A stretch of DNA of 32,000 nt, from positions 30,001-62,000 of the forward strand of contig NC_018655.1 in NCBI RefSeq assembly GCF_000299365.1, given 5' to 3'. Below the pieces are notes generated by a model that saw nothing but the letters and a program-made list of their open reading frames with translations, was not told the DNA's origin and searched no databases. The position numbers and the translations under genes are program-made. This stretch comes from Candidatus Nitrosopumilus koreensis AR1. GTDB taxonomy: Archaea > Thermoproteota > Nitrososphaeria > Nitrososphaerales > Nitrosopumilaceae. Shown here in pieces: positions 1-9,578 of this stretch (position 1 is its first letter; every line of letters starts with the position of its first letter).

Positions 1-770
1 TCTCTGGTGAATTTGAATGATCCTTTCTTTTTTTCTATATTAGTTTGAATTTCTGCAATAATTGGTTTTAATGATTTTTCTGCAGATTTAAAATCTTCTG
101 AGGTGATAGACAATCTATATTTTGGTGCACCCAAATATGTAATGTCAATGGTAGAATCTTTTTTTAGTTCATCCAAAAGAACTTTTTTAATAATTTCAAT
201 TCCATCTGATTTTGAGTTAATAATTTCCATAATTCCTCTAATTTCTACCGATGGAAGTTTGATTTTAGAACAAATTTCTTCGATCACATTTGCCGTTTTC
301 TTTGGAATTTTTAATTCTTTGACTGAATCAATTCCATTTCTTCCAATTTCAATAAATGCATCATAAATCGAATCATATTTTGAATAAATACTGTCTTCTA
401 GTTTTTCAATATCTTGGTCAGATAATTTTGCTTTTTCTTGAACATTCTGTAATAGAGTTTTTCCTTTCTCAAATTTTTTAACTTCTTTTAATTTTTGCTT
501 TTTCTGATCTTTTGAAACCTGTTTTAATGAAAGGTCAATGTCTCCACGTTGAGGATTTACTTTTTTTACTAGAAGAACTTTTTTCTCTCCGTCTTTAACA
601 AATCTATTTACTGATCTTATCCAACCAGGTGCAATTTCGGAAATGTGTAAAAACCCTTGTAAATTATCATATTCATCTAATGTAACATATGCACCATGAT
701 CCATGACTTTGGTGACTGTCGCAAGGACAATTTCTCCCTGTTCAGGCATTTCTTGAACTTCTGTAGACAT
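1..770 (-). CDS. Translation initiation factor 2 subunit alpha (aIF2-alpha), 3' end beyond window
   Basis: My reading of the minus frame from ATG at 770 gives MSTEVQEMPEQGEIVLATVTKVMDHGAYVTLDEYDNLQGFLHISEIAPGWIRSVNRFVKDGEKKVLLV..., an S1 domain followed by the aIF2-alpha C-terminal region (TIDITYLGAPKY...). The frame is open to the window edge, so the ORF track misses it. Confidence 0.9.
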   Translation of the reverse strand, partial: MSTEVQEMPEQGEIVLATVTKVMDHGAYVTLDEYDNLQGFLHISEIAPGWIRSVNRFVKDGEKKVLLVKKVNPQRGDIDLSLKQVSKDQKKQKLKEVKKFEKGKTLLQNVQEKAKLSDQDIEKLEDSIYSKYDSIYDAFIEIGRNGIDSVKELKIPKKTANVIEEICSKIKLPSVEIRGIMEIINSKSDGIEIIKKVLLDELKKDSTIDITYLGAPKYRLSITSEDFKSAEKSLKPIIAEIQTNIEKKKGSFKFTR

Positions 771-809
771 TTCTTCTAAAACTCTTGTTGTGTAAATTAA
801 TGTTGCTGG

Positions 810-1340
810 TTAGAAATCAATTCCTTTTTTGGCTTTGATCCCCTTTTGAAAAGGATGTTTGATCTCCTTCATTTCTGTGACTAAATCCGCAATTTCTATT
901 ACTTCTTCTTTTGCATAATTTCCTGTTAGAACTAAATCCACATCCTCAGGTTTTGCTTTAATCAATTCTAGCACATCATCTACAGAAATTAGATTCAAAT
1001 TAACTGCATAGTTAATTTCATCTAAAATCACAATATCATATTTTCTTGATTGAATCTTTTCATTACTAATTTTTATTGCTTCTTTTGCAACTTTTTCATG
1101 GTCTTCTTTTGGACTTTTGTCGTCAATAATGCCTACAAATCCCTTTCCAACTGTAACCATCTCAAATTCTGGTTCAAGTTTTTTTGTTGAATCCATCTCT
1201 CCATAATGCCACGAACCTTTGATAAACTGAATCATACAGATTTTTTTATCATAGCCTGTAGCTCTTAATGCAAGTCCTAAAGCAGCAGTTGTCTTACCTT
1301 TGCCTTTTCCTGTATATACAATTGTTAAACCGTCACTCAT
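810..1340 (-). CDS. cobO: ATP:cob(I)alamin/corrinoid adenosyltransferase (BtuR/CobO/CobA family)
   Basis: 176 aa; N-terminal P-loop TGKGKGKTTAALGLALRA, then MIQFIKGSWHYGE and ILDEINYA motifs; next to cobalamin genes. Confidence 0.92.
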   Translation of the reverse strand: MSDGLTIVYTGKGKGKTTAALGLALRATGYDKKICMIQFIKGSWHYGEMDSTKKLEPEFEMVTVGKGFVGIIDDKSPKEDHEKVAKEAIKISNEKIQSRKYDIVILDEINYAVNLNLISVDDVLELIKAKPEDVDLVLTGNYAKEEVIEIADLVTEMKEIKHPFQKGIKAKKGIDF

Positions 1341-1427
1341 GACATTTCATTTCATCATCTAACTAAAAACATTGAGTATTTTACAAATACATCGATTTAA
1401 ATAAAAAAATAATAGTATTCATGCAAA

Positions 1428-2780
1428 TTGAAAATTCCAAGAATTGTGTTGGCAGGTGCTAGTAGTGGAGTTGGAAAAACATCTATCACCTGTTCAATAA
1501 TTTATGCATTACAAAAAAGAGGTTTTTCTGTTCAACCATTCAAGGTTGGTCCTGATTATATAGATCCAAGTTATCTTTCAAGTATTTCAAAAAATGAAAC
1601 ATTCAATTTGGATGTTTGGTTGATGGGAAAAAATCATTTGTTGTCTAGTTTTGTCTCAAACTCAAAATCTGATGTATCTGTTATTGAAGGTGTCATGGGA
1701 TTTTATGATGGGTTTGATGGTAATTCAAATTATGCTAGTACTCATCATGTATCTGAAATAACAAAATCTCCTGTGATACTTATTCTTGATGCCAGCAAAA
1801 CTGCTCGGTCTATTGCAGCAACTGCTTTGGGATTTCAAAAATTTCATAAAAATTCTGGAATCTCTGCAATAATTCTTAATAAAATAGGTAGTAAAAAACA
1901 CGAAAATCTGTGTAGGCAAGCATTACAAAAAACAAAACTTCCAATAGTTGGAGTGATCCCAAAAGATTACTCTCTTAATCTAGAATCAAGACATCTGGGA
2001 TTGTTCTCTACCTTAGACAGCAAAACATTATACAATAAAATTCAAAAAATTTCAAAAATTATTTCAAAAAATTTAGATATTGATCAAATCATTAAAATTC
2101 TAAAAAATACTTCTGAAATGCAAAACATTTCAAAATCTCTTCATAAAAAACCACAAACAACAATAGCAGTGGCATTAGACACATCTTTTAATTTTTATTA
2201 TCAAGATAATTTGGAAGCTCTTAGAAGAGAAGGAGCATCATTAAAATTCTTTAGTCCTACAAATGATAAAAAAATTCCAAAATGTGATGGATTGTACATT
2301 GGTGGCGGGTTTCCAGAAATTTTAGGTTCTAAATTAGAAAAAAATCAAATCATGAAAAAACTTATCAAAAATCTTGCTGAAGATAATCTTCCAATATATG
2401 CAGAATGTGGTGGATTAATGTATCTCACAAAATCTATTTCATCAGAAAATAAAAAATACAAAATGGTGGGCATTTTTGATGCAGAAACTTGTATGACAAA
2501 AAGAATGAAACTAAATTACACAAAAGGAAAAATTAACCGCTCAATAATTTCTGAAAAACCCCATAATATTCAAGGTCATGAATTTCACTATTCAAGATTA
2601 GATTCTATATCTTCTGATTCAAAGTTTGCTTATGAACTAGAAATTGGTGATGGAATAAAAAATCACAAAGATGGATTGATTCAATACAGTTCTCTTGCGT
2701 CATATGGACATCTTTATTTTGATAGTTCTAACTATGCAAAGAATTTTGTTAAAAACTGTATAAAATACTCACGGAGCTGA
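1428..2780 (+). CDS. cbiA: Cobyrinate a,c-diamide synthase CbiA/CobB
   Basis: 450 aa; ASSGVGKTSITCSIIYALQKRG P-loop, FKVGPDYIDP motif, GATase1-like domain with LYAECGGLMYL; TTG start in an open frame. Confidence 0.93.
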   Translation: MKIPRIVLAGASSGVGKTSITCSIIYALQKRGFSVQPFKVGPDYIDPSYLSSISKNETFNLDVWLMGKNHLLSSFVSNSKSDVSVIEGVMGFYDGFDGNSNYASTHHVSEITKSPVILILDASKTARSIAATALGFQKFHKNSGISAIILNKIGSKKHENLCRQALQKTKLPIVGVIPKDYSLNLESRHLGLFSTLDSKTLYNKIQKISKIISKNLDIDQIIKILKNTSEMQNISKSLHKKPQTTIAVALDTSFNFYYQDNLEALRREGASLKFFSPTNDKKIPKCDGLYIGGGFPEILGSKLEKNQIMKKLIKNLAEDNLPIYAECGGLMYLTKSISSENKKYKMVGIFDAETCMTKRMKLNYTKGKINRSIISEKPHNIQGHEFHYSRLDSISSDSKFAYELEIGDGIKNHKDGLIQYSSLASYGHLYFDSSNYAKNFVKNCIKYSRS

Positions 2781-3410
2781 TTCTGCCCTAATCAATTTGA
2801 AAATGGCGTTTATGATTGCGGATGCTGAAGAACTACCTCCTTTTCTGCCCAAATTTGTAATAAATGGAACCTCATCCAACCTAGATAATTCCTCTTTTGA
2901 TTCTGAAGCACAAATGAATCCCACTGGAATACCTATGATTAATGCGGGTTTGACAATTTCCTCTTTTACCATTTTTATCACTTCTTGAAGTGCTGTAGGG
3001 GCATTTCCTATGGCTACAACTCCTCCATCAATATCTGATTTTGCAATCCTCATTGATACTTGAGAGCGTGTTTTTCCCTCTTTTTTTGCCAATTCCATAA
3101 TTTCTGGCTTTGAGATATTGCAAACAATATCATTTCCAAAATCTTTAGGATTTTGTTTATTGAGGCCTCCAATTACTCCATTTACATCTACTACTATGCT
3201 GCAACCATTTTTCAAAGCTTTCATCCCACTTTCAATTGCATCTTTGTGAAAAATTATTCTGTTTTTATCTGCAAAATCAAAATCTGCTGTAGAATGAATG
3301 ATTCTCCTTACAATAGGCCATTCTTTTTCATTGTATGGATGAGAACCAATTTCATCTTCGATCATCTGCATACTTGCATCTTCAATTGATTGACCTTTTT
3401 TAGTTTGCAT
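2769..3410 (-). CDS. cbiC: Precorrin-8X/cobalt-precorrin-8 methylmutase CbiC/CobH
   Basis: 213 aa; ends with IGIPVGFICASESKEEL and the GRKGGSSASASIINAI stretch typical of CbiC; RRIIHSTADFDF near the N-terminus. Confidence 0.92.
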   Translation of the reverse strand: MQTKKGQSIEDASMQMIEDEIGSHPYNEKEWPIVRRIIHSTADFDFADKNRIIFHKDAIESGMKALKNGCSIVVDVNGVIGGLNKQNPKDFGNDIVCNISKPEIMELAKKEGKTRSQVSMRIAKSDIDGGVVAIGNAPTALQEVIKMVKEEIVKPALIIGIPVGFICASESKEELSRLDEVPFITNLGRKGGSSSASAIINAIFKLIRAESAP

Positions 3411-4152
3411 CTTCTACCTCTCTTGCTCTTTCAATAATCAAATCAATAATTTTTTCATCTGTTCCAATATGTTTTGTAATAAAAACATCTTTAAGATTTG
3501 ACTCTTTTAGAGCTGGGATCAAATCATTATTAATATCAGTTTTAACATGTGCTCCTTCATGTAAGAAATAAAATACAATTATCAATACTTTTGGTTGATC
3601 TTTTTCACATTTTTTAATTCCCTCAAAGATATCAGGTTGTTCAATCTCTAACCAACAACGACTTACATTTCTATAGGAATTTTTTAGTTCATCTACAATA
3701 TAGTTCAATGACATTTGTGCATTAGGATCTTTACTTCCATGACCAATAATCATCACATCTACATCTTTGTTAGGTAATGCAATGTTGTTTTCTTTCAGGG
3801 TAGTTGCAATTCTGTTTTCAACAATGTCCACCAAAGTTTTATGCATACTCATTGGTTTAGTTATTAGAAATTTTACTTCTGTATCTTTTTGTAATTTCAT
3901 TACATCAGTTACTGCAATCTTGACTTTTTTTCCTGGATACAAAAAATATGGTACTATTGTCAATGAATCAATGTCTTCCTTTAGGCATTTTGAAATTCCG
4001 TCTTTAATGAATGGTGGTTCTACCTCTAAAAAGCAAAAATCAGTAAAAACATAATCTCCTTTAGCCTTGATTCCCGCACAAATTGTCTCTAATTCTTCAG
4101 ATGCCTCTCTTTCTCTACTTCCTCTATCAATAATCAACAATCCCCGTTTCAA
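3400..4152 (-). CDS. cbiX: Sirohydrochlorin cobaltochelatase CbiX, two-domain form
   Basis: 250 aa; two similar halves, LLIIDRGSREREAS...YFLYPGKKV and VMIIGHGSKDPNAQ...YFLHEGAHV; lies between cbiC and cbiG. Confidence 0.88.
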   Translation of the reverse strand: MKRGLLIIDRGSREREASEELETICAGIKAKGDYVFTDFCFLEVEPPFIKDGISKCLKEDIDSLTIVPYFLYPGKKVKIAVTDVMKLQKDTEVKFLITKPMSMHKTLVDIVENRIATTLKENNIALPNKDVDVMIIGHGSKDPNAQMSLNYIVDELKNSYRNVSRCWLEIEQPDIFEGIKKCEKDQPKVLIIVFYFLHEGAHVKTDINNDLIPALKESNLKDVFITKHIGTDEKIIDLIIERAREVEDAN

Positions 4153-5201
4153 TCCTCAATCCTCGCTATAGCTATGGTCAAATTTGGTGGGAATTTCTGC
4201 TTTTCTACAATTAATTTACCATTTGACACTAGAATTGCTGCTGCTTCTGAAACACTGGCTGTTCCTTCAAAGGCTTTTACAGTATCAGATGGGTTGGGTG
4301 CTGTGATTTTAGCCAAATCATCTCTATTAACATATTCTACTGGAATATCCATTTCTTTTCCAACGTCTATCAATCCCTGTACATCTTGTGGTTTTTTTAT
4401 TGAAGCTAGTTTCGCTATTGATTTTGAACTTAGTTCAAATTTTTTTAGACAATCTTCAATACCATCTCTGATAGTTTCTTTTGATGTGTCCCAATGTAAT
4501 CCCACACCAACTACCAAACTTGGAGGTCTGTAAATAACCGATTTAGATGCTAAATCATTTTCAATAATTTTATCTGAAATTATTAAATTTGCTTTAGATT
4601 TTGAATTCTTTAATTCATCTATGGTGTTGTATAATGAAACATTTTTTGGTAATTGTTTATGCCACTTTTTCTCTCCTGCCTCTTGAAAAACCCCTATTGG
4701 TTCCTCATTTACCATATGGGCACTAATTTTTGTAACATTAGAATCATCGTCGATCTTCCAACCCAAATCCCTTCCAACCAAGTCTACTGCAATAGTTTTG
4801 TTTACATCAGCTGCTGTGGTAATTACTGGTTGTGCTTGTAATTTCTGTGCAATTTTTTCAGTAAGTTCATTTGCTCCTCCTATATGTCCTGATAATACAC
4901 TAATTACAAAATTTGTTTTATCATCAATTACAATTACCGCAGGATCTGTTTTCTTGTCTTTAAGATGAGGTGCAATTAATCTAATTACTGCACCTAAAGA
5001 AAACAAGCATATTAAAGCATCATTACTATTGAAAAGTTCAACAATTTTCTCTGATGTGGAATCGGAATACCATGTAATTGAGTTATTTTGATTAGCAAAT
5101 TTGGATGGTGCAAAAACAGTCCATTCTGGAAAACTTTCTTTGAGATTCTGACCTATATTGATACCATTTTTAGTAATGGCAAGAACTGAAATCTTTTCCA
5201 T
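4149..5201 (-). CDS. cbiG: Cobalt-precorrin-5A hydrolase CbiG
   Basis: 350 aa; LVSVLSGHIGGANELTEKIA-like motif (ISVLSGHIGGANELTEKIAQ), ITTAADVN, C-terminal VVGVGLHWDTSKE and ASVSEAAA. Confidence 0.9.
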   Translation of the reverse strand: MEKISVLAITKNGINIGQNLKESFPEWTVFAPSKFANQNNSITWYSDSTSEKIVELFNSNDALICLFSLGAVIRLIAPHLKDKKTDPAVIVIDDKTNFVISVLSGHIGGANELTEKIAQKLQAQPVITTAADVNKTIAVDLVGRDLGWKIDDDSNVTKISAHMVNEEPIGVFQEAGEKKWHKQLPKNVSLYNTIDELKNSKSKANLIISDKIIENDLASKSVIYRPPSLVVGVGLHWDTSKETIRDGIEDCLKKFELSSKSIAKLASIKKPQDVQGLIDVGKEMDIPVEYVNRDDLAKITAPNPSDTVKAFEGTASVSEAAAILVSNGKLIVEKQKFPPNLTIAIARIED

Positions 5202-5232
5202 ATTCAGAACTTTGTTGATTTAATAAAATACC

Positions 5233-6318
5233 TTACCCTTTTTGCTCTCTTGCTAAGATGTTTCCTTCAAAATCAAACAATATGACATCAATAGGAACTT
5301 TTTCTTCACTGTGTTTTCTCATATGTCTATATACTTCACTACAAATTAATTCAAAAAAACCACTCACATTATTTTCTTGAATGATTTCTGATACATGTCT
5401 TGCTGTATTTGCTTTTTTTATACTTTGAATAATTTTTTCGTCAGCATTGACTTTTTTTGCTAATTCTGCTAAAAAATTCATATCTACTTTTGAGCCCTTT
5501 ACATGAGTTTGCTTCACTCCTGCAGCCATTTTTGCAAGTTTTCCAATAAATCCAACAACATATGCCTTTCTGATATTTTTCTTTGCGCATTGTTGAATAG
5601 TGTATCCAGAAAAATCTCCCATCTGTACAAAACAATGTTCTGGAAGATCTACAATTTTTTTTGCAAAATCTTCACTTCTTCCTCCAGTTGTTAACACTAC
5701 TGTATCATTTCCCATCGCAATTGAAACATCCAAATTTTGTCTAATTGATGCAGCATATGACGCAGTTGAAAATGGAATTACTATGCCACTAGTACCTAAA
5801 ATTGAAATACCGTCTTTGATACCTATTCTAGGATTATCCGTTTTTGGTCCTAATTCTTTACCTTTTGGAACTGATATTATGACTCTGATTCCTTTTTCTT
5901 TTAGGACATTTTTGCCTATTTCTTTTAGATTTTCTGTAATCATTTTTTTTGGAACTGGATTGATAGCAGGTTTGTTGATTTCTAAACCTAGGCCTGGTTT
6001 AGTTACTATGCCTACACCTTCTCCACCATCAATTTCAATTTGATTTTTGTTATCATTGAATGTCAACTCAACTATAATTTCTGCACCATGTGTGACATCT
6101 GGATCATCTCCTCCATCCTTTATTACCGAACATTTAGCCTTGTTTTTTTCAAACTGACATGAATTAACAGGAATCTTGATAGTAGTTTTTTTAGGTAAGG
6201 TGATTTCAACTTCTTCAATCTTTTGTTGATTAATAATTGCTAGTAATGCTGCTTTTGATGCTGCAGTAGCAGAACTTCCTGTTGTATAACCTGTTCTTAA
6301 TTTTTTTTCTTCTGCCAC
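5233..6318 (-). CDS. cbiD: Cobalt-precorrin-5B (C1)-methyltransferase CbiD
   Basis: 361 aa; N-terminal LRTGYTTGSSATAASKAAL, VTKPGLGL, ISGTSGIVIPFSTASY and HVKGSKVDMNFLAEL motifs. Confidence 0.94.
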   Translation of the reverse strand: MAEEKKLRTGYTTGSSATAASKAALLAIINQQKIEEVEITLPKKTTIKIPVNSCQFEKNKAKCSVIKDGGDDPDVTHGAEIIVELTFNDNKNQIEIDGGEGVGIVTKPGLGLEINKPAINPVPKKMITENLKEIGKNVLKEKGIRVIISVPKGKELGPKTDNPRIGIKDGISILGTSGIVIPFSTASYAASIRQNLDVSIAMGNDTVVLTTGGRSEDFAKKIVDLPEHCFVQMGDFSGYTIQQCAKKNIRKAYVVGFIGKLAKMAAGVKQTHVKGSKVDMNFLAELAKKVNADEKIIQSIKKANTARHVSEIIQENNVSGFFELICSEVYRHMRKHSEEKVPIDVILFDFEGNILAREQKG

Positions 6319-6406
6319 AAATTAATGCATTCATTTTACTGTATTAACTCTTGTTTACCATTTTTATTTTCCAAATAGATTTAAAATAAAAGTACTTGAA
6401 ATTTCT

Positions 6407-7276
6407 ATGGACAAACCTCTTCAAATCGTAATTACTGGTGCTAGTGGGTTTATAGCAAAAAATCTTAGGAAATACTTATCTGAAAAAAATGTTAATCTGA
6501 TTTCAATATCTAGAAAAAATTTTAAATCATTCAAAAATGAAACTAAAATCGTTTCTAAAAACTATGAACAAAAATTACTCCTTCCAAAAATAAAAAATTC
6601 TGATGCCGTGATTCATCTTATAGGAATCGGAAAACAATCAATAAAAACTGATTATGAATTAATTAATGTCCAATTAACGCAAAAAATTGTTGATTTATCA
6701 AAAAAAGCAAAAGTCAAAAAATTTGTCTATACAAGTGGACTTGGTGTATCAAAAGATACGCCCTTGGGATATTTTATCTCAAAACTAAAGGCTGAAAAAT
6801 CTATTATCAATTCAAAAATTAACTATACCATTTTTCGACCTTCGTATATTGTAGGTAAAGACGACCTTTTTACCAAACATCTAAAAAAATCTATCAAAAA
6901 AAATAAAGTCATTATTCCAGGTTCTGGAAATTATTCGATACAACCAATTTTTATAAATGATGTTACAAAATTAATTTTTCAATCTATTATTGATGATAGA
7001 TTTAACAATAAGATAATTGATCTTGTTGGGCCTGAAATAATTTCATTTAAAAAATACATTCAACTGTTCTTACAAAAGAAAAAAACAAAACTATCTCATA
7101 TTGATATTGAAGATGCATATCATCTTGCAATAACTAACTCAAAATTTGATTATGGTGTAGATGATCTAAATATTCTGGTTGGAAATTTTGTTGGAAATCA
7201 CAAAAAACTTAAGAATCTATCAAAAATTAATTTTCAATCAATTAAAGAATTGTTAAAGACCGGCTCCTTGCTTTAA
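6407..7276 (+). CDS. NAD(P)-dependent epimerase/dehydratase-like SDR protein (NDUFA9/complex I-like atypical SDR)
   Basis: 289 aa; [17 protein letters not shown] Rossmann motif, [36 protein letters not shown]. Confidence 0.75.
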   Translation: MDKPLQIVITGASGFIAKNLRKYLSEKNVNLISISRKNFKSFKNETKIVSKNYEQKLLLPKIKNSDAVIHLIGIGKQSIKTDYELINVQLTQKIVDLSKKAKVKKFVYTSGLGVSKDTPLGYFISKLKAEKSIINSKINYTIFRPSYIVGKDDLFTKHLKKSIKKNKVIIPGSGNYSIQPIFINDVTKLIFQSIIDDRFNNKIIDLVGPEIISFKKYIQLFLQKKKTKLSHIDIEDAYHLAITNSKFDYGVDDLNILVGNFVGNHKKLKNLSKINFQSIKELLKTGSLL

Positions 7277-8428
7277 TGCATCCACCTTGTTCGTTTTTTC
7301 CCAGCTAAATTCTGGTTCGTTTCTTCCAAAATGACCATATGATGCTGTTTTTTTGTAAATTGGCCTTTTCAAGTCTAACTGAGAAATAATTCCAGATGGT
7401 TTCATATCAAAATTCTTTCTAACCAAGTCTTCAATTTGATTTTCAGGAATTTTGTTTGTTCCAAATGTGTTCACGTATAATGATACTGGTTCTGCAACTC
7501 CAATTGCATATGCAAGTTGAACCTCACATCTGTCTGCAAGACCTGCTGCAACTAAATTTTTTGCAATATATCTACACATGTAACAAGCTGATCTATCTAC
7601 TTTTGATGGATCCTTGCCAGAGAAAGCTCCTCCTCCATGTCTTCCAAAACCCCCATAGGTATCTACAATAATTTTTCTTCCAGTAAGACCTGCATCTCCA
7701 TGTGGTCCTCCAATTACAAATTTTCCAGTTGGATTGATATGAATTTTAATATCGTCATTCCATAAATCCCCTAACACTGGTTTGATAACCTTGTCGATAA
7801 TTTCTTTTCCAATCTCTTCTTGAGATATTTCTGGTGCATGTTGAGTAGACACAACAACTGTTTCAATTTTAGTAGGTTTGTTATCTTCATATCTCACAGA
7901 AACCTGAGTTTTTCCATCTGGTCTTGCCCATGGAAGCGTATTGTTTTTTCTTACTTCAGATAATTTTTGTGCAAGTTTTTGTGAAAGTAATATGGGCATT
8001 GGCATAAGTTCTTTTGTTTCATTTGTAGCATATCCAAACATCAATCCTTGATCTCCTGCTCCTTGTTCTTTTTCTTCAGTAGCTGTAACTCCTTGACTGA
8101 TATCTGGGCTTTGTGAATGGAGACGTAAAGTTACTTCACAAGATTCTGTATCAAACATCAAATCTTTATTATTATATCCAATTTCTCGTATAGTTTTTCT
8201 GACAAGTTCTTCTTGAGCTTTTTTATCAAAATTTGCCTTTGATGTCACTTCTCCTGCAACTGCTACAAAATCTGTAGTAACCATTGTTTCAACTGCAACT
8301 CTTGAATCTGGATCTTGTTTAAGAAATTCATCTAAAAAAGCATCTGAAATATTGTCGCAGATCTTGTCTGGATGACCTTCTGTTACTGATTCAGATGTAA
8401 ATAGAAAATTATTTGTCATAAAACTCAC
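7253..8428 (-). CDS. metK: S-adenosylmethionine synthetase, bacterial/eukaryotic-type MetK
   Basis: 391 aa; [71 protein letters not shown]. The start could be the second ATG at 8419 (MTNNFLF). Confidence 0.97.
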   Translation of the reverse strand: MSFMTNNFLFTSESVTEGHPDKICDNISDAFLDEFLKQDPDSRVAVETMVTTDFVAVAGEVTSKANFDKKAQEELVRKTIREIGYNNKDLMFDTESCEVTLRLHSQSPDISQGVTATEEKEQGAGDQGLMFGYATNETKELMPMPILLSQKLAQKLSEVRKNNTLPWARPDGKTQVSVRYEDNKPTKIETVVVSTQHAPEISQEEIGKEIIDKVIKPVLGDLWNDDIKIHINPTGKFVIGGPHGDAGLTGRKIIVDTYGGFGRHGGGAFSGKDPSKVDRSACYMCRYIAKNLVAAGLADRCEVQLAYAIGVAEPVSLYVNTFGTNKIPENQIEDLVRKNFDMKPSGIISQLDLKRPIYKKTASYGHFGRNEPEFSWEKTNKVDALKQGAGL

Positions 8429-8434
8429 TGCCTA

Positions 8435-8680
8435 CTAGAGTTCATTTTCTAGTTTGATGAATAATACGTTGTTACCTCTTACGATAACTCTACCATAATT
8501 TGCAATAGTTTTACCTTCGTGTAATTCCTCAGCATCCGTCATAATCAAATTCATGTATGAGTCAACATTATCCATCTTACCTTTGTATTCGACTTCATTT
8601 TTCAGTCTTACAGTAACTTTCTTCTTTGTACTTTTTTGAAGAGTTGTTAGAGGTCTTTTTGCGCTATTTGATTGAGACAC
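8435..8680 (-). CDS. Sm-like (LSm/SmAP) RNA-binding protein
   Basis: 81 aa; VTVRLKNEVEYKGKMDNVDSYMNLIMTDAEE and GRVIVRGNNVLFI match Sm1/Sm2 motifs. Confidence 0.92.
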   Translation of the reverse strand: MSQSNSAKRPLTTLQKSTKKKVTVRLKNEVEYKGKMDNVDSYMNLIMTDAEELHEGKTIANYGRVIVRGNNVLFIKLENEL

Positions 8681-8788
8681 TAATTGTTCACTTGCTTTGC
8701 AACTTTGTTCTCTAGAATAAAAGCCTTACCTCCTTTGAAAAAATTGTAATTCCTTAAATTTTTTCTTCTTTTTCTAGTATTAGTACAG

Positions 8789-9436
8789 ATGATCTCTACT
8801 GGTTTAGAAAAAATTGACAAATTTCTATCGGGTGGAATTCCTGATGGTGTAATTGTAGATATTTTTGGAAAAAATGGAACCGGAAAAACTCAACTATTGT
8901 TACAATTAGCAATAAATTCTATAAAAAATGGGGGTCATGTCTTGTATTTTGATACTACTGGAGGATTTAGACCTGAACGGATTCTGGAGATTCAAAAAAA
9001 ATCTGAAACTCAATTAGATCTTCTTAATCAAATTACAGTTTCAAGGTTAACTAATACTTCTGAACAAATCAATTCAATAAAAAACATCGATAATAATTTT
9101 TCATTAATCGTAATTGATAATGTAACTGATCTGTTTTCTTATGAATATAAAAAAGATGAATCTGTATTTGAGAAAAATTCATTATTTATGAAATACATGC
9201 AAAAATTATCCTATCTTGCAATATCTAAAAAAATCCCTGTAGTTGTTACTAACATGATCAGAAACATAGAAGGAAAAGAAATTGAAAATATGAAAAGCGC
9301 AATTGATCCATTTACACATATCAAAATTCATCTTATAAAAAATTCATCCAAATTTAACGGAAAAATATATTCTGCCTTTGCAGAAGATTCGTTTTCATAC
9401 ATAATTGATAAATCTGGATTATCTGAAGATATTTAA
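8789..9436 (+). CDS. RadB/RadA-like RecA-family ATPase
   Basis: 215 aa; ISTGLEKIDKFLSGGIPDGVIVDIFGKNGTGKTQLLLQLAINS Walker A, SLIVIDNVTDLF Walker B. No N-terminal helix-hairpin-helix domain, so RadB-like rather than full RadA. Confidence 0.8.
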   Translation: MISTGLEKIDKFLSGGIPDGVIVDIFGKNGTGKTQLLLQLAINSIKNGGHVLYFDTTGGFRPERILEIQKKSETQLDLLNQITVSRLTNTSEQINSIKNIDNNFSLIVIDNVTDLFSYEYKKDESVFEKNSLFMKYMQKLSYLAISKKIPVVVTNMIRNIEGKEIENMKSAIDPFTHIKIHLIKNSSKFNGKIYSAFAEDSFSYIIDKSGLSEDI

Positions 9437-9458
9437 CGGTCTAACATAAAGAATACTA

Positions 9459-9578
9459 GTGGCAGATATTTTTGATTATTTACCGACTATAACTATAGTG
9501 TTATTTGCACTTGGGTTGATTGGTGTAATTGTTTATGAAAGATCACGTTCCAAGAGCACAGATGAATCAGACTCCTGA
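9459..9578 (+). CDS. Putative small single-pass membrane protein (39 aa), not in supplied ORF track
   Basis: GTG-start frame translates to V(M)ADIFDYLPTITIVLFALGLIGVIVYERSRSKSTDESDS*, with one hydrophobic helix followed by a basic/polar tail. It fills the gap between the RadB-like gene and the helicase. Confidence 0.5.
   Translation: MADIFDYLPTITIVLFALGLIGVIVYERSRSKSTDESDS

Noticed and set aside
103-366. 87-aa plus-strand ORF
   Set aside because: Antisense to the well-supported aIF2-alpha coding frame; no recognisable domain.
4174-4533. 119-aa plus-strand ORF
   Set aside because: Antisense to cbiG, whose product matches family motifs across the region.
9529-9561. Lhr helicase N-terminal extension MFMKDHVPRAQ
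   Set aside because: It lies inside the 39-aa membrane ORF and is not helicase-like; ATG 9562 gives a typical N-terminus.
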